Shown one piece after another: positions 1 to 13,497 of a DNA stretch of 64,000 bases. A program made the position numbers and the translations under genes. The notes beneath the pieces were generated by a model. The model was not told the origin of the DNA. It saw nothing but the letters and a program-made list of their open reading frames with translations, and made no database searches. The DNA lies in NCBI RefSeq assembly GCF_009914755.1, contig NC_060925.1, one strand, 5' to 3'. The DNA comes from the human T2T-CHM13v2.0 reference genome, Homo sapiens. Position 1 is the first letter of the stretch. Each line of letters opens with the position of its first letter.

Positions 1-612
1 TAATAAGAAATGTGGTAGGTAGGGAAAAAGAGAAGTGTGGATAAGAAAAGACTAAAAGTGTCTGAATCACAGAAAGCTCAAATATATTATTTGACAGATG
101 GGGACACTGAGGCCCACGGAGCAGAAAGGAGTTGCTCCAAGCTAGACAATGTATTGGCCACTGCCTGTAGGTTCAATATAAAGTAAGTGTGATGAGAACA
201 TGAAAAGTCCTGTGGGACTGTAAGCCTGCTTCACTAGGAGTTAGGGGAATGAGGCCTTTTGTTCATGCAGCACTTTAAAGTTTGGAAAGCCCTTTTCCAG
301 GGAAAGACAGACCTTAGCAGATCACTGCCAGAGGGCTGAGCTCCATGATGAGGGACTCTTGAGGGAGGATGTGTGAGGACACAGCCAAGCAGAACTCATT
401 CTTGGGACTGGTGGCTGCCTGTGAGGCCATATATTCATGCCTTGAACCCAAAGACCTTGGTTAAATGAAGGAGTTAAATCTCTTTACTCCAAGATTTTTC
501 AGAACCTTCTAAGACATGAAAATGAAATTGTGGGTCTTCAAGACAGGGATATGCTGTATGCAGCATTCCCCATATTAAGTTGGTTACAGAGCCTTCTTTC
601 CACAGAGTATGA

Positions 613-954
<342 letters not shown>

Positions 955-2235
955 AAATAATTCAGTATTAAGCTAATTCCTTGAGAATTGCTGTCCTTAA
1001 GTTCTCAAAAAATAATAATAATAATAATGTGGATTCTGTTGCCAGATAGCACTAAGTTCATAATTTGGCTATTTCCTAGGTGACTTTGTACATGTTACTT
1101 CACCTTCATCAACTGTAAAATGAGAGGAAGAATATTCACTTCTCAGGATAGCTTTGAAGGTTACATTTATAAAAGCATATGGAAAATGCAGTGTCGTGGC
1201 TAACACACAGTAGGTATTCAGTTAATGGTTCTAATTAAGTAAAGCCCGGAGACGGAAACCAGCTTTTGCAAGCTCACATAGGAAATTAGTGACTGTGCTA
1301 GGCCTTGAATCTCCATCTCTGGGCTCTTCCAGTTCACCATACTTCTCTTTATTAAGCAATACCATATAAGAAATGTAGTCCATCAGAGGAGATAGGCAGC
1401 CTCCCCAAGTTTGGTGTGATTTTATAGGTCAAGTTGACTTTAAATATGCGACAAATATTTCCTTTTCTCCTTCTCCCCCTTCTCCTCAGTTCTAGCCAGA
1501 GGAAGCTGCAGCCAGGCCTGGCAGTCTCCCCTGCTCCCTTCCACCAGCTTGGTTCCTGTTTCTGCTGGTCCTGGGAGCCCCCAGCAGATGGACTGCCCTT
1601 ATCAGCCGGCTCCAGGCCAGAGGAGGAATCCTCCGGTCACGTGTGGCTCTCTGGAGGGAGAGAGACCTCATAAATACATACAGCCCACGCAGAGGAAGGG
1701 GGGAGGGTCAAGGGGAAAGAAACCTTGACATTCTGGCGACTGGGCCAGGATTAAAGTCCACCAGGCATAGTCCTTATTGGCTATTTCTATGAGGAATCTC
1801 AAATCCACATGGCTTCCCTGGATGACAACGCTGACTTTGACTAGCCCTGGGATCTGGGGCATTCCCAGTGTGCTGCTGGCTTGATCCAGGCCTAATCCTT
1901 TGCCCAGGACTGACCTTTCACAGTTTACAGAGCACTTTATCTCCTGGCTCAGTGAAGTCTCACAGAACCCTCCAGAGAGAAGGGAGTTTATCATCACCCT
2001 CAATTTACAGATGAGGAAGCTGAGGCTGCGATTGTAACTGACTGACTGCTGGCTACGCAGCTACAAGTGACCGAGTCCAGCCTGAAAGCCACATATATTC
2101 TCCCACAAAATCCAGAGCTGCCAAACACATCCTCCTCCATGAGTCTTGCTTTGTGCCCATCACTGAGCTCCATGCCCCGGGCGAGCCATCGTTCCTGCCT
2201 GGCGAAGTCCACAATCCAATAAGGAGGGAAGGTTG

Positions 2236-2550
2236 AAGGGATGAATCTCAACAGAATTGTGCACAGTGAAAGAAGCCAATGAAAGAAGAGTACATATTGT
2301 ATAATTCCATTTATAGAAAACTCTAGAAAATGCAAGCTGATCTACAGTGACAGAAAGCAGATCCATGGTTGTTTGGGGAAGTGAGGCAGAAGGAAAGGAT
2401 TCAGAGAAGCACAAGGAACCTTTTAGGGTGGTAGACATGCTTACTATCTGGTACTGAGAGTTTCTCATGTCTGCACGTATCTAATTGTACACTTTAAATA
2501 CACACAGTTTATTGTATGTCAATTATATCTCCATAAAGCTATTTAAAAAG
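2236..2550 (+). mobile_element. Old L1M (L1MD/ME-type) 3' end fragment
   Basis: GATGAATCTCAACAGAATTGTGCACAGTGAAAGAAGCCA...TATTGTATAATTCCATTTATA...GTACACTTTAAA resembles L1M 3' UTR; similar to 19450-19810. Confidence 0.75.
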
Positions 2551-4961
2551 AGGAACGTAAGTGGGGAAAAGAATGAAGGAAGTTGGCTGGCGTATAATTA
2601 AGTAAGTCTGTGAGCAGTCTTAAAGTGGGGACACAAAGTACCATGGGCACGTAAGAGAAGAAGGTAGAGATTCATTCCCAAACGGAAGAGATCAGGAAGG
2701 AGTTCTTAGAACAGGGTTTCAACAAAGCTCAAGGTATGGATAAGTAAGGGTCAGGTTAAGAAAGATTCAGATGGAAGATACAGATAGAGTTTATTTGGGA
2801 AATAGAGAGTGGAGTATTATACACACGCACAATTCGCCTTTTTACCCAAGTTTTGAAGGACTGAAGTTAAAACTAACAGCAACTATCCTCTCTTTTCTTC
2901 AGAAATTCAGACACATGCCCTACTTGGCAGGCAGCTAGTTTTGCTAATAAGATTCCTGCCCTTCTCCCTCCCTCTCTGTGCATCTCATCCCTTCGGTCCC
3001 GCTGAGGCCCCTACCCTCTCGGATTTCCTCTTTGAACTGAACTGCCAAATACTTGCCAGCTTCCAGGGCCCTGAGTACCCACATTTCAGCCTCTTCCAAA
3101 CCCCAGAGTAAGAAGGAGATTTGGGGAGTTCTGGGTGGGCATGTGATGGGAGACTAGGTCCAACATAAAAAGATATTTCCCTTTTTCTTCCATACTTTTT
3201 GGCTTAGTAATTGACATGTGACCATTGGAGAATTTTGAATAGTTTATTAGAATACATTGTGATAGAGAAGAAGGAAATTCAAGAATTGTTACAATGTTGT
3301 ACACTGATTAACTGGCTAATTTGCTGCAAAACCAATTCTGATCACTGCTCTTATGGTTTGTAATACATTATTTTGGGTTTGGATGATCCTGTTATTCATA
3401 GCTTTACATAAAGAAATATTCCAATGACATATGAAACCCATATATGAAATTGTGGGTTAGCTCTTGCTTTCAATTTTGTATTATGTTTGTTGATTTTAAA
3501 CTGTCTCCTTTCAAAAGTTTCCTTATTAATTAAATAAACCACTCAGCCACATTCCCCTCATCTAACTCAGTACCCAAGTGTAAGCTCAATTCTGGAGTCG
3601 CCTTTCCAACCTTGGCTTAAGGGACATTAGTCACTAGGAACAAAACATGGCATTTGAACAGCTGTTTTGGGTATTCAGAGTCCAAACCCTACAGGTCTGG
3701 AGAAGGTGGGGGTTGGGGGAAGGAAACCAATATTTACTTACTGAATACCTACTCTGAGCCAGGCACTGGGGACTTCACAGAGAGTATGTCTTTTAATTTT
3801 CTGAACAGCTCATTAATGTGTTCTGCCTCCTCTAGGCATAGCAAGGTTAAGAATTTATCAAAGATCACACAGCTCATAAGTGGTGGAGCTGGGACTTGAA
3901 CCCATGCAATCTGACTCTAGAGCTTATATTCTTGAATACTTCCCTATGTGTACTTTGTTGAACCCTCCCATGCCAAGATGTAGGAGCCATTATTATCAAA
4001 TCTGTTTTCCAGATGGGAAACCAGAGGCTCAGAAGAGTAATTTTCCCAACGTAAATTAAACAGAGACCCTGGATTTAAACTCTGTGATCCTGGGCAAGTC
4101 ACTTCACTCATCTATCCATCATCCATCTGTCCACTCATTAATTCAACAGATAGTGTCAACTGTTTACTCCAGGGACTGTCTTGTCCCTAGAGATGAAAAG
4201 ATATATAAAATCTGGCCCTTGCTTTTTAAGAACTCATAATCCAGTGAAGAGGGCAAACACCTACACAACAGTAAGACAAATGACTGCAATATGACGGGTG
4301 CTTAAGAGGTGTCTAAAAAGAGCCACAAGAACATAGAGGAAAAGCATCAAATTACTTGATGAAGTAAAGCAAGGAGGCCTCTGGAAAGGAAGGGACATTG
4401 GGCTGATATGCTCTCCAGGCAGAGAAAGGGGGAAAGGGGTTACTCCAGGGAGAGAGAGCATCAAAGGTTAAAAAAAAAAAAGGGGTCACATATTGAGTGC
4501 TTACCACCTGTTTTAAGTGCCATCTCTCTGATTCCCATGTCAATTCTGTGAAGTAGGTATTATTCAGACCACTTTATAGAAGAGGAAACATAGGCACATA
4601 GAGAACAGGCACCTTGCCTTTGCTCACACAGCTAGTAAGGAATAGAGCTAGAATTCAGCCCTGGGCAGCCTAGCTTCAGAGCCCATCCTCTCAGCTACTC
4701 TACTTGGAGTGTTTGGGGGCAGCTGCTAGTAGTTCCTCACAGGTGAGGCAGGCAGTGCAACTGGTCACATAGGCAGGAATCTGGTCTACAGGGTCTTCCT
4801 GTATGCCGGCTTTAGGCACTTTCTTCATGAGGCCTTACATGTTCTTCATCTAGGACCTGGACCTTTTGGGATCCATGAAAATAATAATGCTGTGGTATAT
4901 GCATGTGTGCTTGTGTGTTGAGGGGTACACCCACCTTTCTCAGGGGAATTATACAGTTCCA

Positions 4962-5282
4962 TTTTTTTTTTTTGAGACAGAATCTTACTCTGTCCCCCAG
5001 GCTGGAATGCAGTGGCATGATCTTAGCTCACTGAAACCTCTGCTCCCGGGTCCAAAGGATTCTTGTGCCTCAGCCACCTGAATAGCTGAGATTACAGGAG
5101 TGCGCCACCACGCTCGGCTAATTTTTGTATTTTTAGTAGAGATGGGGTTTCACCATGTTGGTCAGGCTGGTCTTGAACTCATGGACTCTTCTCTATCACA
5201 ATATATTCTAAGGCAGGCAGCGATCTGCCTGCCTCGGCCTCCCAAAGTGTTGGGATTACCGATGTGAGCCACCGTGCCAGGC
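4962..5282 (-). mobile_element. Alu (S/J-type) carrying a ~30 bp non-Alu insertion at ~5189-5218
   Basis: T-tail followed by GAGACAGAATCTTACTCTGTC...GTGAGCCACCGTGCCAGGC. Confidence 0.95.
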
Positions 5283-6059
5283 TTCTATTTGCTTTTGCTT
5301 TTGATACACCCATATCTGCTCATTGTAGGAATATTGGGTGCCTTCAGCTCAGCTGGATTCTCTTGGCTTCAGTGTCAGTATTTGAATTCTTGTTCATTTT
5401 CTGCTTTCCCTCCCCAGACTGGTAAGTCCATGAGGACAGAGTCCTTGTCTATCCGCCAGACCACCAGTGTCCAGCACAGTGCCTGGCACACAGTAGGTAT
5501 TCAATAATTGTTTAATGAACTCTGGGGCTTTGATTAATAATTTAGTTAGAGAGTAAATTAATTGTGAGTTAAATCTAGTTTGGTCAACAACATACTTTAC
5601 ACTGTGCAGTCAGTGGGGCAGGAGGGAATCACAGAAGGGTCTTTGAAGATGAAAAGTGCAGGGACTATTGGCCTAGATCAGTGGTTTACACATGAAGCTG
5701 TACTTTTAGACGAGCTTGCCTTCCGGGATTTCGATCCCTGGTCTGAGGTGCTGTTTGAGCTTCCCAGGTGATTCTGAAGTCACCAGATCGGTATTGAGGG
5801 ATGCCAAATTTGGGGGACTTCCTGTTCTAACGTATTTCTTTTTGTCCCCCGAACTCATTCAACTTGTGCCTGAACGGTCTCAGCAATGGGAGCTCATTAT
5901 TTCACAAGGCGAGCTGCCCAACCCAGCGTAACCACAACGACAACAATCACAGTGACACCATGTAGGGACCATACATTGAGCATTTCTTAGGTGTCAGGTA
6001 CCGTACATACATGCTGCTCACTCCAAAGGCGAGGTGGGTAGTACTTGTCTGCATATGAC

Positions 6060-6730
6060 AGCTAAAGAAACTGCAACTCCGACGTTGGTGGCGCTGGGAG
6101 TCTCAGTGGCGGCGGGGCGGGGCAGGGCCGGGACCGAGGCCACGTCCCGCCCGCCGCCCGGCTTCCCGCCCATGGGCCTCGGCAGTGCCCGCGGGAGGAG
6201 CGGGTGGAGGGAGCCGCTCGCCACGTCAGCGCACGCCCGCCCCGGCGCTCCGCCCGGCCCTCCTGGGCCTCCCCATAGAAGGTTAACCCGGGCCGGATCC
6301 CACGAGGACTGGTGGGGGCCGGGCGGCCCGTGATTTCAGTTTCCGAAGAGTCCGGCCCTGCGCAAAGGCGGGCAGGGAGGAGGAGTTCGGGAAGCCTTCC
6401 CGACAGTCTGTAGATGAAATGAACGCGCCCCGCCTGAGCGCCACTCGGGGAGCGCGCCGAGCCAGTGCAGCACCGCGGCCTCCCGGCCCGCCAGGCTGAG
6501 GGTTTCCGCGGGCCCTGACCCTGCTGGCCCCCACCGGGCCAGTGAAAGCAGCAGGCTTTATGCGGCTGTCGGGCTCGGGGCGAGGAGCCGGCTCCACCCT
6601 CCCAGTCTGGGCCCATCCTCCGGCCTCGGCCAGCCCCTTCCCTCCCTCTCTTTGGCGTTCGCGTTCCCTCGGCCTAGCAGACCTCTTAGAATGTTTGTTT
6701 TCCTTCTGAGAAAGAGCGGAGGGACGTGGC
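6060..6730. promoter_or_regulatory. CpG island / probable promoter or CpG-island enhancer
   Basis: Sharp local rise in GC and CpG density. GC box GGGGCGGGG ~6114-6122, CCACGTCA 6221-6228, GCGCACGC, TTTCAGTTTC ~6334-6343. Confidence 0.85.
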
Positions 6731-6794
6731 CAAGACCAACATGAACTGCAAACACGGGACATCCTCTGTGTGGGGGGACATTTTTCTGGGACCA

Positions 6795-7025
6795 ACAGAC
6801 CTGGGTCTGAATACCCATCCTGCCGCTTCCTCGCTGGGTGACCTTTGTATATCTTTCTCCATCTCTCTCAGCCTCATTATCCTCATCTGTAAAATGGGGA
6901 TAATGACGCCTTACCTATCTTTAAGATACATTCTGAGGATTAGATTGGATAAATACGGATCATACATTTTAAGCACTTAGTGCTGTCAATGGCAATTAAC
7001 ATTATTATTCATTATATTGTTATTA
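6795..7025 (+). mobile_element. MIR
   Basis: CCTGGGTCTGAAT...CTCATCTGTAAAATGGGGATAATGA MIR core. Confidence 0.8.
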
Positions 7026-7621
7026 TGAATGACTGATAATGACACTCAAGATTATTAATGCTACTGTGTCAAAAATATGCTCAATTAAATTTATTTTTAG
7101 TGAGTGAAATAGTTTTATGAAAGGTAAATAAAGAGGAATAATACTGGGTCGGGAAGTATATACACGTTATCTCATTTAATATTCAAACAGCTTCAGAAGG
7201 TGGGTGTTATCATCCCCATTCTGCAGATGAGAAAGTTGAGGCTCTTGGAGGTTCATTAACTTGCCCACCTCACACACTTCAAGCCTAATGTCCTGCCCTC
7301 CCTCTCTCACTGACTTCCTTGACTGCATCCCTTAAGCTCCAGTCCCTTTCTACCTGCCTGCCTCAGCAAAGACTCGTCCATCTGCAGAGAAACCTGGAGG
7401 AAAGTGAGTCAGCTCTGGAAACTGGATAAAGCTCACCTCCTCCAGGCAGCTTTCCTGATTCTCTCCCTCCTCCCCCTGTAAAATTAATCCTTCCTTCCTT
7501 TCTTCTCTTGGTGCCCATAGTATGAGGTTGCACACACTTATTGCAGGTTGTGTCTCCCACCTGGGGAGTATGCCTGTCTAAGGCAGACGCCACATACTTT
7601 TTCACTCTTGAAGGGTCAATA

Positions 7622-7830
7622 TGGTGTTGTGGTTAAGGGCACAGGCTTAGGAGCCCAACTGTCCAGTTTCAGATCTTGGCTTTACTACCTACTGGTTGTG
7701 AGCCTTAACCAAGTGACTTAACCCCTTTCAGCCTCACTGTCCTTATCTACAACATGGAGATTGACAATAAGATCAGCCTTGTGGGGTTGCTATAAGGATT
7801 GAATGAGTTAAGATATAGAAAGCAATTTGA
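7622..7830 (+). mobile_element. MIR
   Basis: GTGGTTAAGGGCACAGGC...GTGACTTAACC...AGGATTGAATGAGTTAA. Confidence 0.8.
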
Positions 7831-10474
7831 ACCTCTAAGTAATCAGATGTTCACTGAATGAAGACGGAATCGTGAAGGTCTTGAATGTTGCTTACTAAGA
7901 TAGTGAGATAGAAAGCATGTTGCAGAGTTAAGAGCAGGAGTAGGTATCAGAGACCTAGGTTCTCATCCTGGCTCTGCCTTTAACTTTATGTTTGGATTGG
8001 GCCTGTTCCTCCCTCTGTCTGAATCTGTTTCCCCTTCTGCAAAATGATAAGTTTGGCTCCCGCTGCTAGATGACTTCAAAGGGTAATATTCAGTGTATTA
8101 ATTCTGTGCCTCTAGGACTTTGCTTGTGTAATGTTCCCAGTTAGCGGTCACACTAAAAAATAAATGACTGGTTTGCCCCTGGAAGCATGAAGCTCAACCA
8201 CTGGCTACCATGAACTCAGAGGTAGAGGATTGTACCAGTTTTGATAATTGCCAGCTTTTTCTGGGCAGGTCTTAGTGCCTGGCATTGGGCCAAGTGCCAT
8301 CATTGTCTTGTTTAGTATTCTCAAGAACCCTGTAAAGAAGTCACTACTATGATCCCCTTTCTATAGCTGAGGAAACAGAGGCTAGAGGTTAACAAGCTTG
8401 TAACTAGTTGGGTGGGATGTAGGATCATCACTTGTCAGGCTTTGGCTCCCAAGGCCTGCAAGAATCCTCTCTAACACATGCCTGTTTCGATACCTCTGGG
8501 GACAAAGAACCTATTGTCTTTCAAGCCTGTTCATTATTAAGAATCCTGAACAGCCAAAAAGGGTACAGCTGCCTTTTTACGTGAGTTTCATTCATGACTT
8601 TGCACTTGGGCTCCAGGAAGACATGATTTGTATTAAGGGTTAAGAAAAGGGAGAATATGAATTCCACCAAGGGAGGGTCTCAGGAGTAGTTTACAATTGG
8701 GTGGCCAGAGGACAGAAGCCTCTGCTCCTACTTTTTTGGGCCTCACCCCCAGCCCCCACTGATGGGGTCCTGCCTGGGGACAGAGCTGTGGGATGCTAAG
8801 GAATTTCAGTACAGCCTTGATTGGGAGTGGGCTGAACTCAAAGCATCAGAAATGTGCATCTATAATTCCCAGTCAATTGAGATACATTTCCTTGGAGGTA
8901 GGGTTTGGAGTGTGGTGGAGGCAGCGAACACATTAGCAAAAAGTTAGGCTAAATCAGACCTGCAAAACTGGAGGGAGAAATTGGCTCCAGGTTTTATTCA
9001 GTTTACTGTCTTTAAAAACAAACAAACAAACAATGAAAAACCACAAATATCCTGCTCAAATAGCTCCCGAGGCTCACCTTTCCCAACAGGATGAAGTCCG
9101 GACTCCTTGGGGTGGCATTCAAGACCTTCCACAATCTAGTACTAACTCACCTTTTTCACGTTTTCTCCTACCACATTCCCAGCTCCACTCCCAGCCAGAG
9201 AATCTCGCATAGTCCCCTGAATACTCTAAGCTTGCTCTTGCTTCCATGCCTTTGCACATGCTATTCCTCCTGCCCCATAGCACACCACCACAGATGTCAC
9301 ATCTAGATGAAAACATCAATCCTGTGTTAAAATGCATTGGTTTTCCTCTCCCACTCCTGAATAGTCCCAGCTAAGAGAGAACCTTTGCTGCCTCTATGGA
9401 ATTACAACTGCGAACACAGCTAAACAAATCAAAAAACACCAACTAGAAGCACTGAAGTTTGAAGCATTGAGTGGGTCCCCAAAGCATTATTGGAAGATCA
9501 AAACTTATAAGGTTGACTATCAGTGTGGTTTGGAAAGTCTTGAGTTGCTACCAAATGAATTTAAGGATAATACAACAATGTGTTCCTAAGTTGGAACAAT
9601 TTGCCATATAGATGTTATGCTAAAATCCAGCAATAGGACTAAAAAGCATTGTTAGGGAAACATCTACAATTTTTTCAGAAAGTTAGCCAGGGTGGGGAAG
9701 GCTTCTCTGGAGCATTTTTAACATACTATCTTGTCACAGGTTTCAATAAGCATGAAATGCAATTCAGGGACCTGTTTTTCATGATATAAAAATCTTTGCA
9801 CACAGTAAAATCACCATATCATCTGGTTTACCTAGGAGGTTCTGGTTTACACCCATTGTCCTGACATAATTGCCAATAGTTCCCCTTTTATTATCAGGTA
9901 CCATAATTTGGAAAATAAATTATATTGTCACTCTAGCACTGGGTAACCAAACAAGAGCTTGTCTAAGTGGTTGCTTTCCCAAGGTTTTGCCATCTGTTGG
10001 ACTCCAGTTCACGTTTCAAGACGCAGCCTCTGTCACTTCCTCTGTGACAGAATTAATCTGCACTCCCACAGCACTGGGTACTCACCTTCATTCACTCACA
10101 GATCCTCTTTGGCTTTGTCTCCACTGAGCACTGGGTCCCCTCAACTAGACCACATTGTGTTCTGTGCATCTCCTTGCACAAGTCGTGAGAACAGTAAGCT
10201 CTTAACTAGAGGCTGTGGAGTGAATTATTTTGGACAGAAATTTCCCCAAGAAGATTTGGTTTTGCTTTATTTTACTTTCAGTCACCAAAGGAATAAAAAT
10301 GTTCCTAGGGACTTGTTAAGCCTTAACACTGAATATTGGAAAGGGGATATGCAATACAAATGCTTTCAAAAGGAAAGTCAATAAATATTTAGGAAAGTGA
10401 CAAGAAGTGTTCAAACATGCTTGTTGTTGTTGCTAAATGTTAAAGCTTTATCAACCTTCTTTAATAGTTTTTAA

Positions 10475-10825
<351 letters not shown>

Positions 10826-12659
10826 TAAAAGAAACATTTTACTTTCTACTCTTTTGTATCCTTTAACAAGTATGTGTTGCTTTTTCTTTAACATGTATGT
10901 TTCTCTTTAAAACGTTTGTATCCCTTTTTAACTAGAAAATTTTTATTAGAAAAGATACAATTATTGAAACAAAAAATTAGTTTCCTAAGAGATTTGAGAG
11001 ATCATTGAGATAAATCCTTTCATATTCCAGAGTGTGTGCTGGGCAGGAGGGTTGAAAGGGAAGGAGGAAAAACTAAGAAACTAATGGGACCCAAAGAATT
11101 TAAGGTATTCAGCAGAAGCCTCACAAGCAATAAGTGGCAAAGTCAATACTGGAACCCAGTTCTCTGAATCCATGTCTCTTGATCCTTGCACAACACTTCT
11201 CAAATTTCTTTGGACTGGCAAAAGGCATTTGAGCAGAGATACTCTTGTCATCCCTGGAGTTAGAATGTGAGCTCCATGCCTCAACTAGGATTATTTGGAT
11301 GAAGTTAAACCATGCACAGCTCCAAATTCAAAGGAGTCAAGGAGAAAATTTATCCATGAATAAGGGTTTATATCACCTTACTTGCTGAGTGACCTTGGTC
11401 AGGTTACTTAACCTCTCTGAGGCTTAGTTTTCCTGTCTTTCATATGGTGCTAACAGTATGTTTCTTGTAGGATTTGGCGAGGTTTCAATGAAATAGTGTG
11501 CATAAAGTACTTACCAGTTTTTAGAGGGAAACGTTCAATAAATTATAGGCATTATAATAATTATTATTATTGCTGCTCTGCTACCCAGACTTGTATTGAA
11601 GGAGAACTTATTAATTTCAAATAGGCACTATGTAGACAGTTCTTCCTGCCCTAACGCTCAGGTGCCAATTCCATAAGCACTTTGACTTAAGAAATCTGTT
11701 TTCTGAGGAGGTGGTGATTGAAATGGGGATCATGTATAGAGGAGCCTGCATGACTGGTCTCCCTGTCACCAGGCATTTTCCTGTTTCCTAGATTCCTTGA
11801 TATCACTTTTTTTTTTTTTTTTTGGCTTGGGCTTTGCAAAACTTCCTGGTGGGTAGTTTTAGTCATCCTTCCTAGCAGTTTGCAAGAGTATGTTATGAAG
11901 CTGGAAATCATTTAAAAAATGTCCTGATGTGTCAGAAAAAGGGAAGAAGAAGGATGATGGCTCCTCTTGTTCATTCATTTGAAATATTGATTACTAGTTC
12001 CTCTTTCTTTAATCTTTAATGGAGATTTTCTTTTCTTTTTCTCTTGTCTTCACAGACTTCTATTTACCATTGAAAAGAAAAGCAACCATAATACCCTGGC
12101 ATCTACAAAGGAGAACCATTTACTTAAGCATCTACCTACTCGTTTGACATATGTTATTAAATACTTACTGCATTAGGCCCTGTGCTAGGCAATGACATAC
12201 AGACATGAAGGTTACATAAACTTGTTTATGAAACATGGACTCTTACAGACCTGGGTTCAAATCTCTGCTTTGTCCATTTCTAAAGATTGGATCTCAGGCA
12301 GGTTAGCTACTTATCTCTCTGAACCAACTCCTTCTCTCAGATTCCCTGTCTCAGCCATGGCATCACCGTCATCTTTTTGTCCCAGTTTAGAAAGCTCAGA
12401 ATGATTTTATTCTCCCCCTGAACCCTCTACCTAATGTTCTGTCCATCACCCAGCAATGCACAATTTAATTCCTAAATATTCATTGAATGTATCTTCCCCT
12501 ACATCTCCAATTTATTTAACAAATATTTATTGAGGGCCTGCTCTGTCCCAGGCCCTCTGCTGGCACAGGGATACCTGTCCCTAAGGAGCTCCCTGGCTGG
12601 TCAGGTGCATCCATAAATACACAATTTCTCAATAGCAAATGGGTGTAGCGATAATAAAA

Positions 12660-12860
12660 GCCCACTTTTATTGCACGCTTAATCACTGCTGGACACTGTT
12701 CTAAGAGCATTATATACATTAAACCACTTAATCATCACAATAACCCTAAGAGATAGGTGATATTAGTATCTTTACCTTATAGATAAGGAAACCAAGACAA
12801 CAGAGTGAATAAACAACTTGGCCAAAGTCACACAACTCACTAGCAGTGGAGGAAGGTGCA
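12660..12860 (-). mobile_element. MIR
   Basis: TTCTAAGAGCATTATATACATTAA...ATAGATAAGGAAACCAAG...AAAGTCACACA reverse MIR. Confidence 0.75.
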
Positions 12861-13173
12861 ATGGCTTATAAAGTTGGCTTAAAAGCTATAGCTGTAACCA
12901 CTAGTGAGCTCAGGTTCTGCTTTGAGGGCATTGGAGAGGGGTCCCTGGGGAGGAGCTCCTAACCATATTAAAGGTCCTTCTTTGAGCTGTTGTCTATGCT
13001 GAGCCTTACAATGTGAGTAGGGTTTAGCCAGAACAATTCTCCCCATCCCCCCACACCCTGCTCTGTGGGCCTCACCTTGACCAGTTTCTTCATTGATCCC
13101 ACTCTTGTTGGTCCATTCTTCTCACATGTGTCACAGTGAGCTTTCTAATCAAATCTGATCATATTATTACTAC

Positions 13174-13497
<324 letters not shown>

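Noticed and set aside
6018-6886. Overlapping ORFs of up to 184 aa in the CpG island
   Set aside because: They are Pro/Gly/Arg/Ala-rich frames on both strands, as expected from stop-codon scarcity in GC-rich DNA; no recognisable domain or splice structure.
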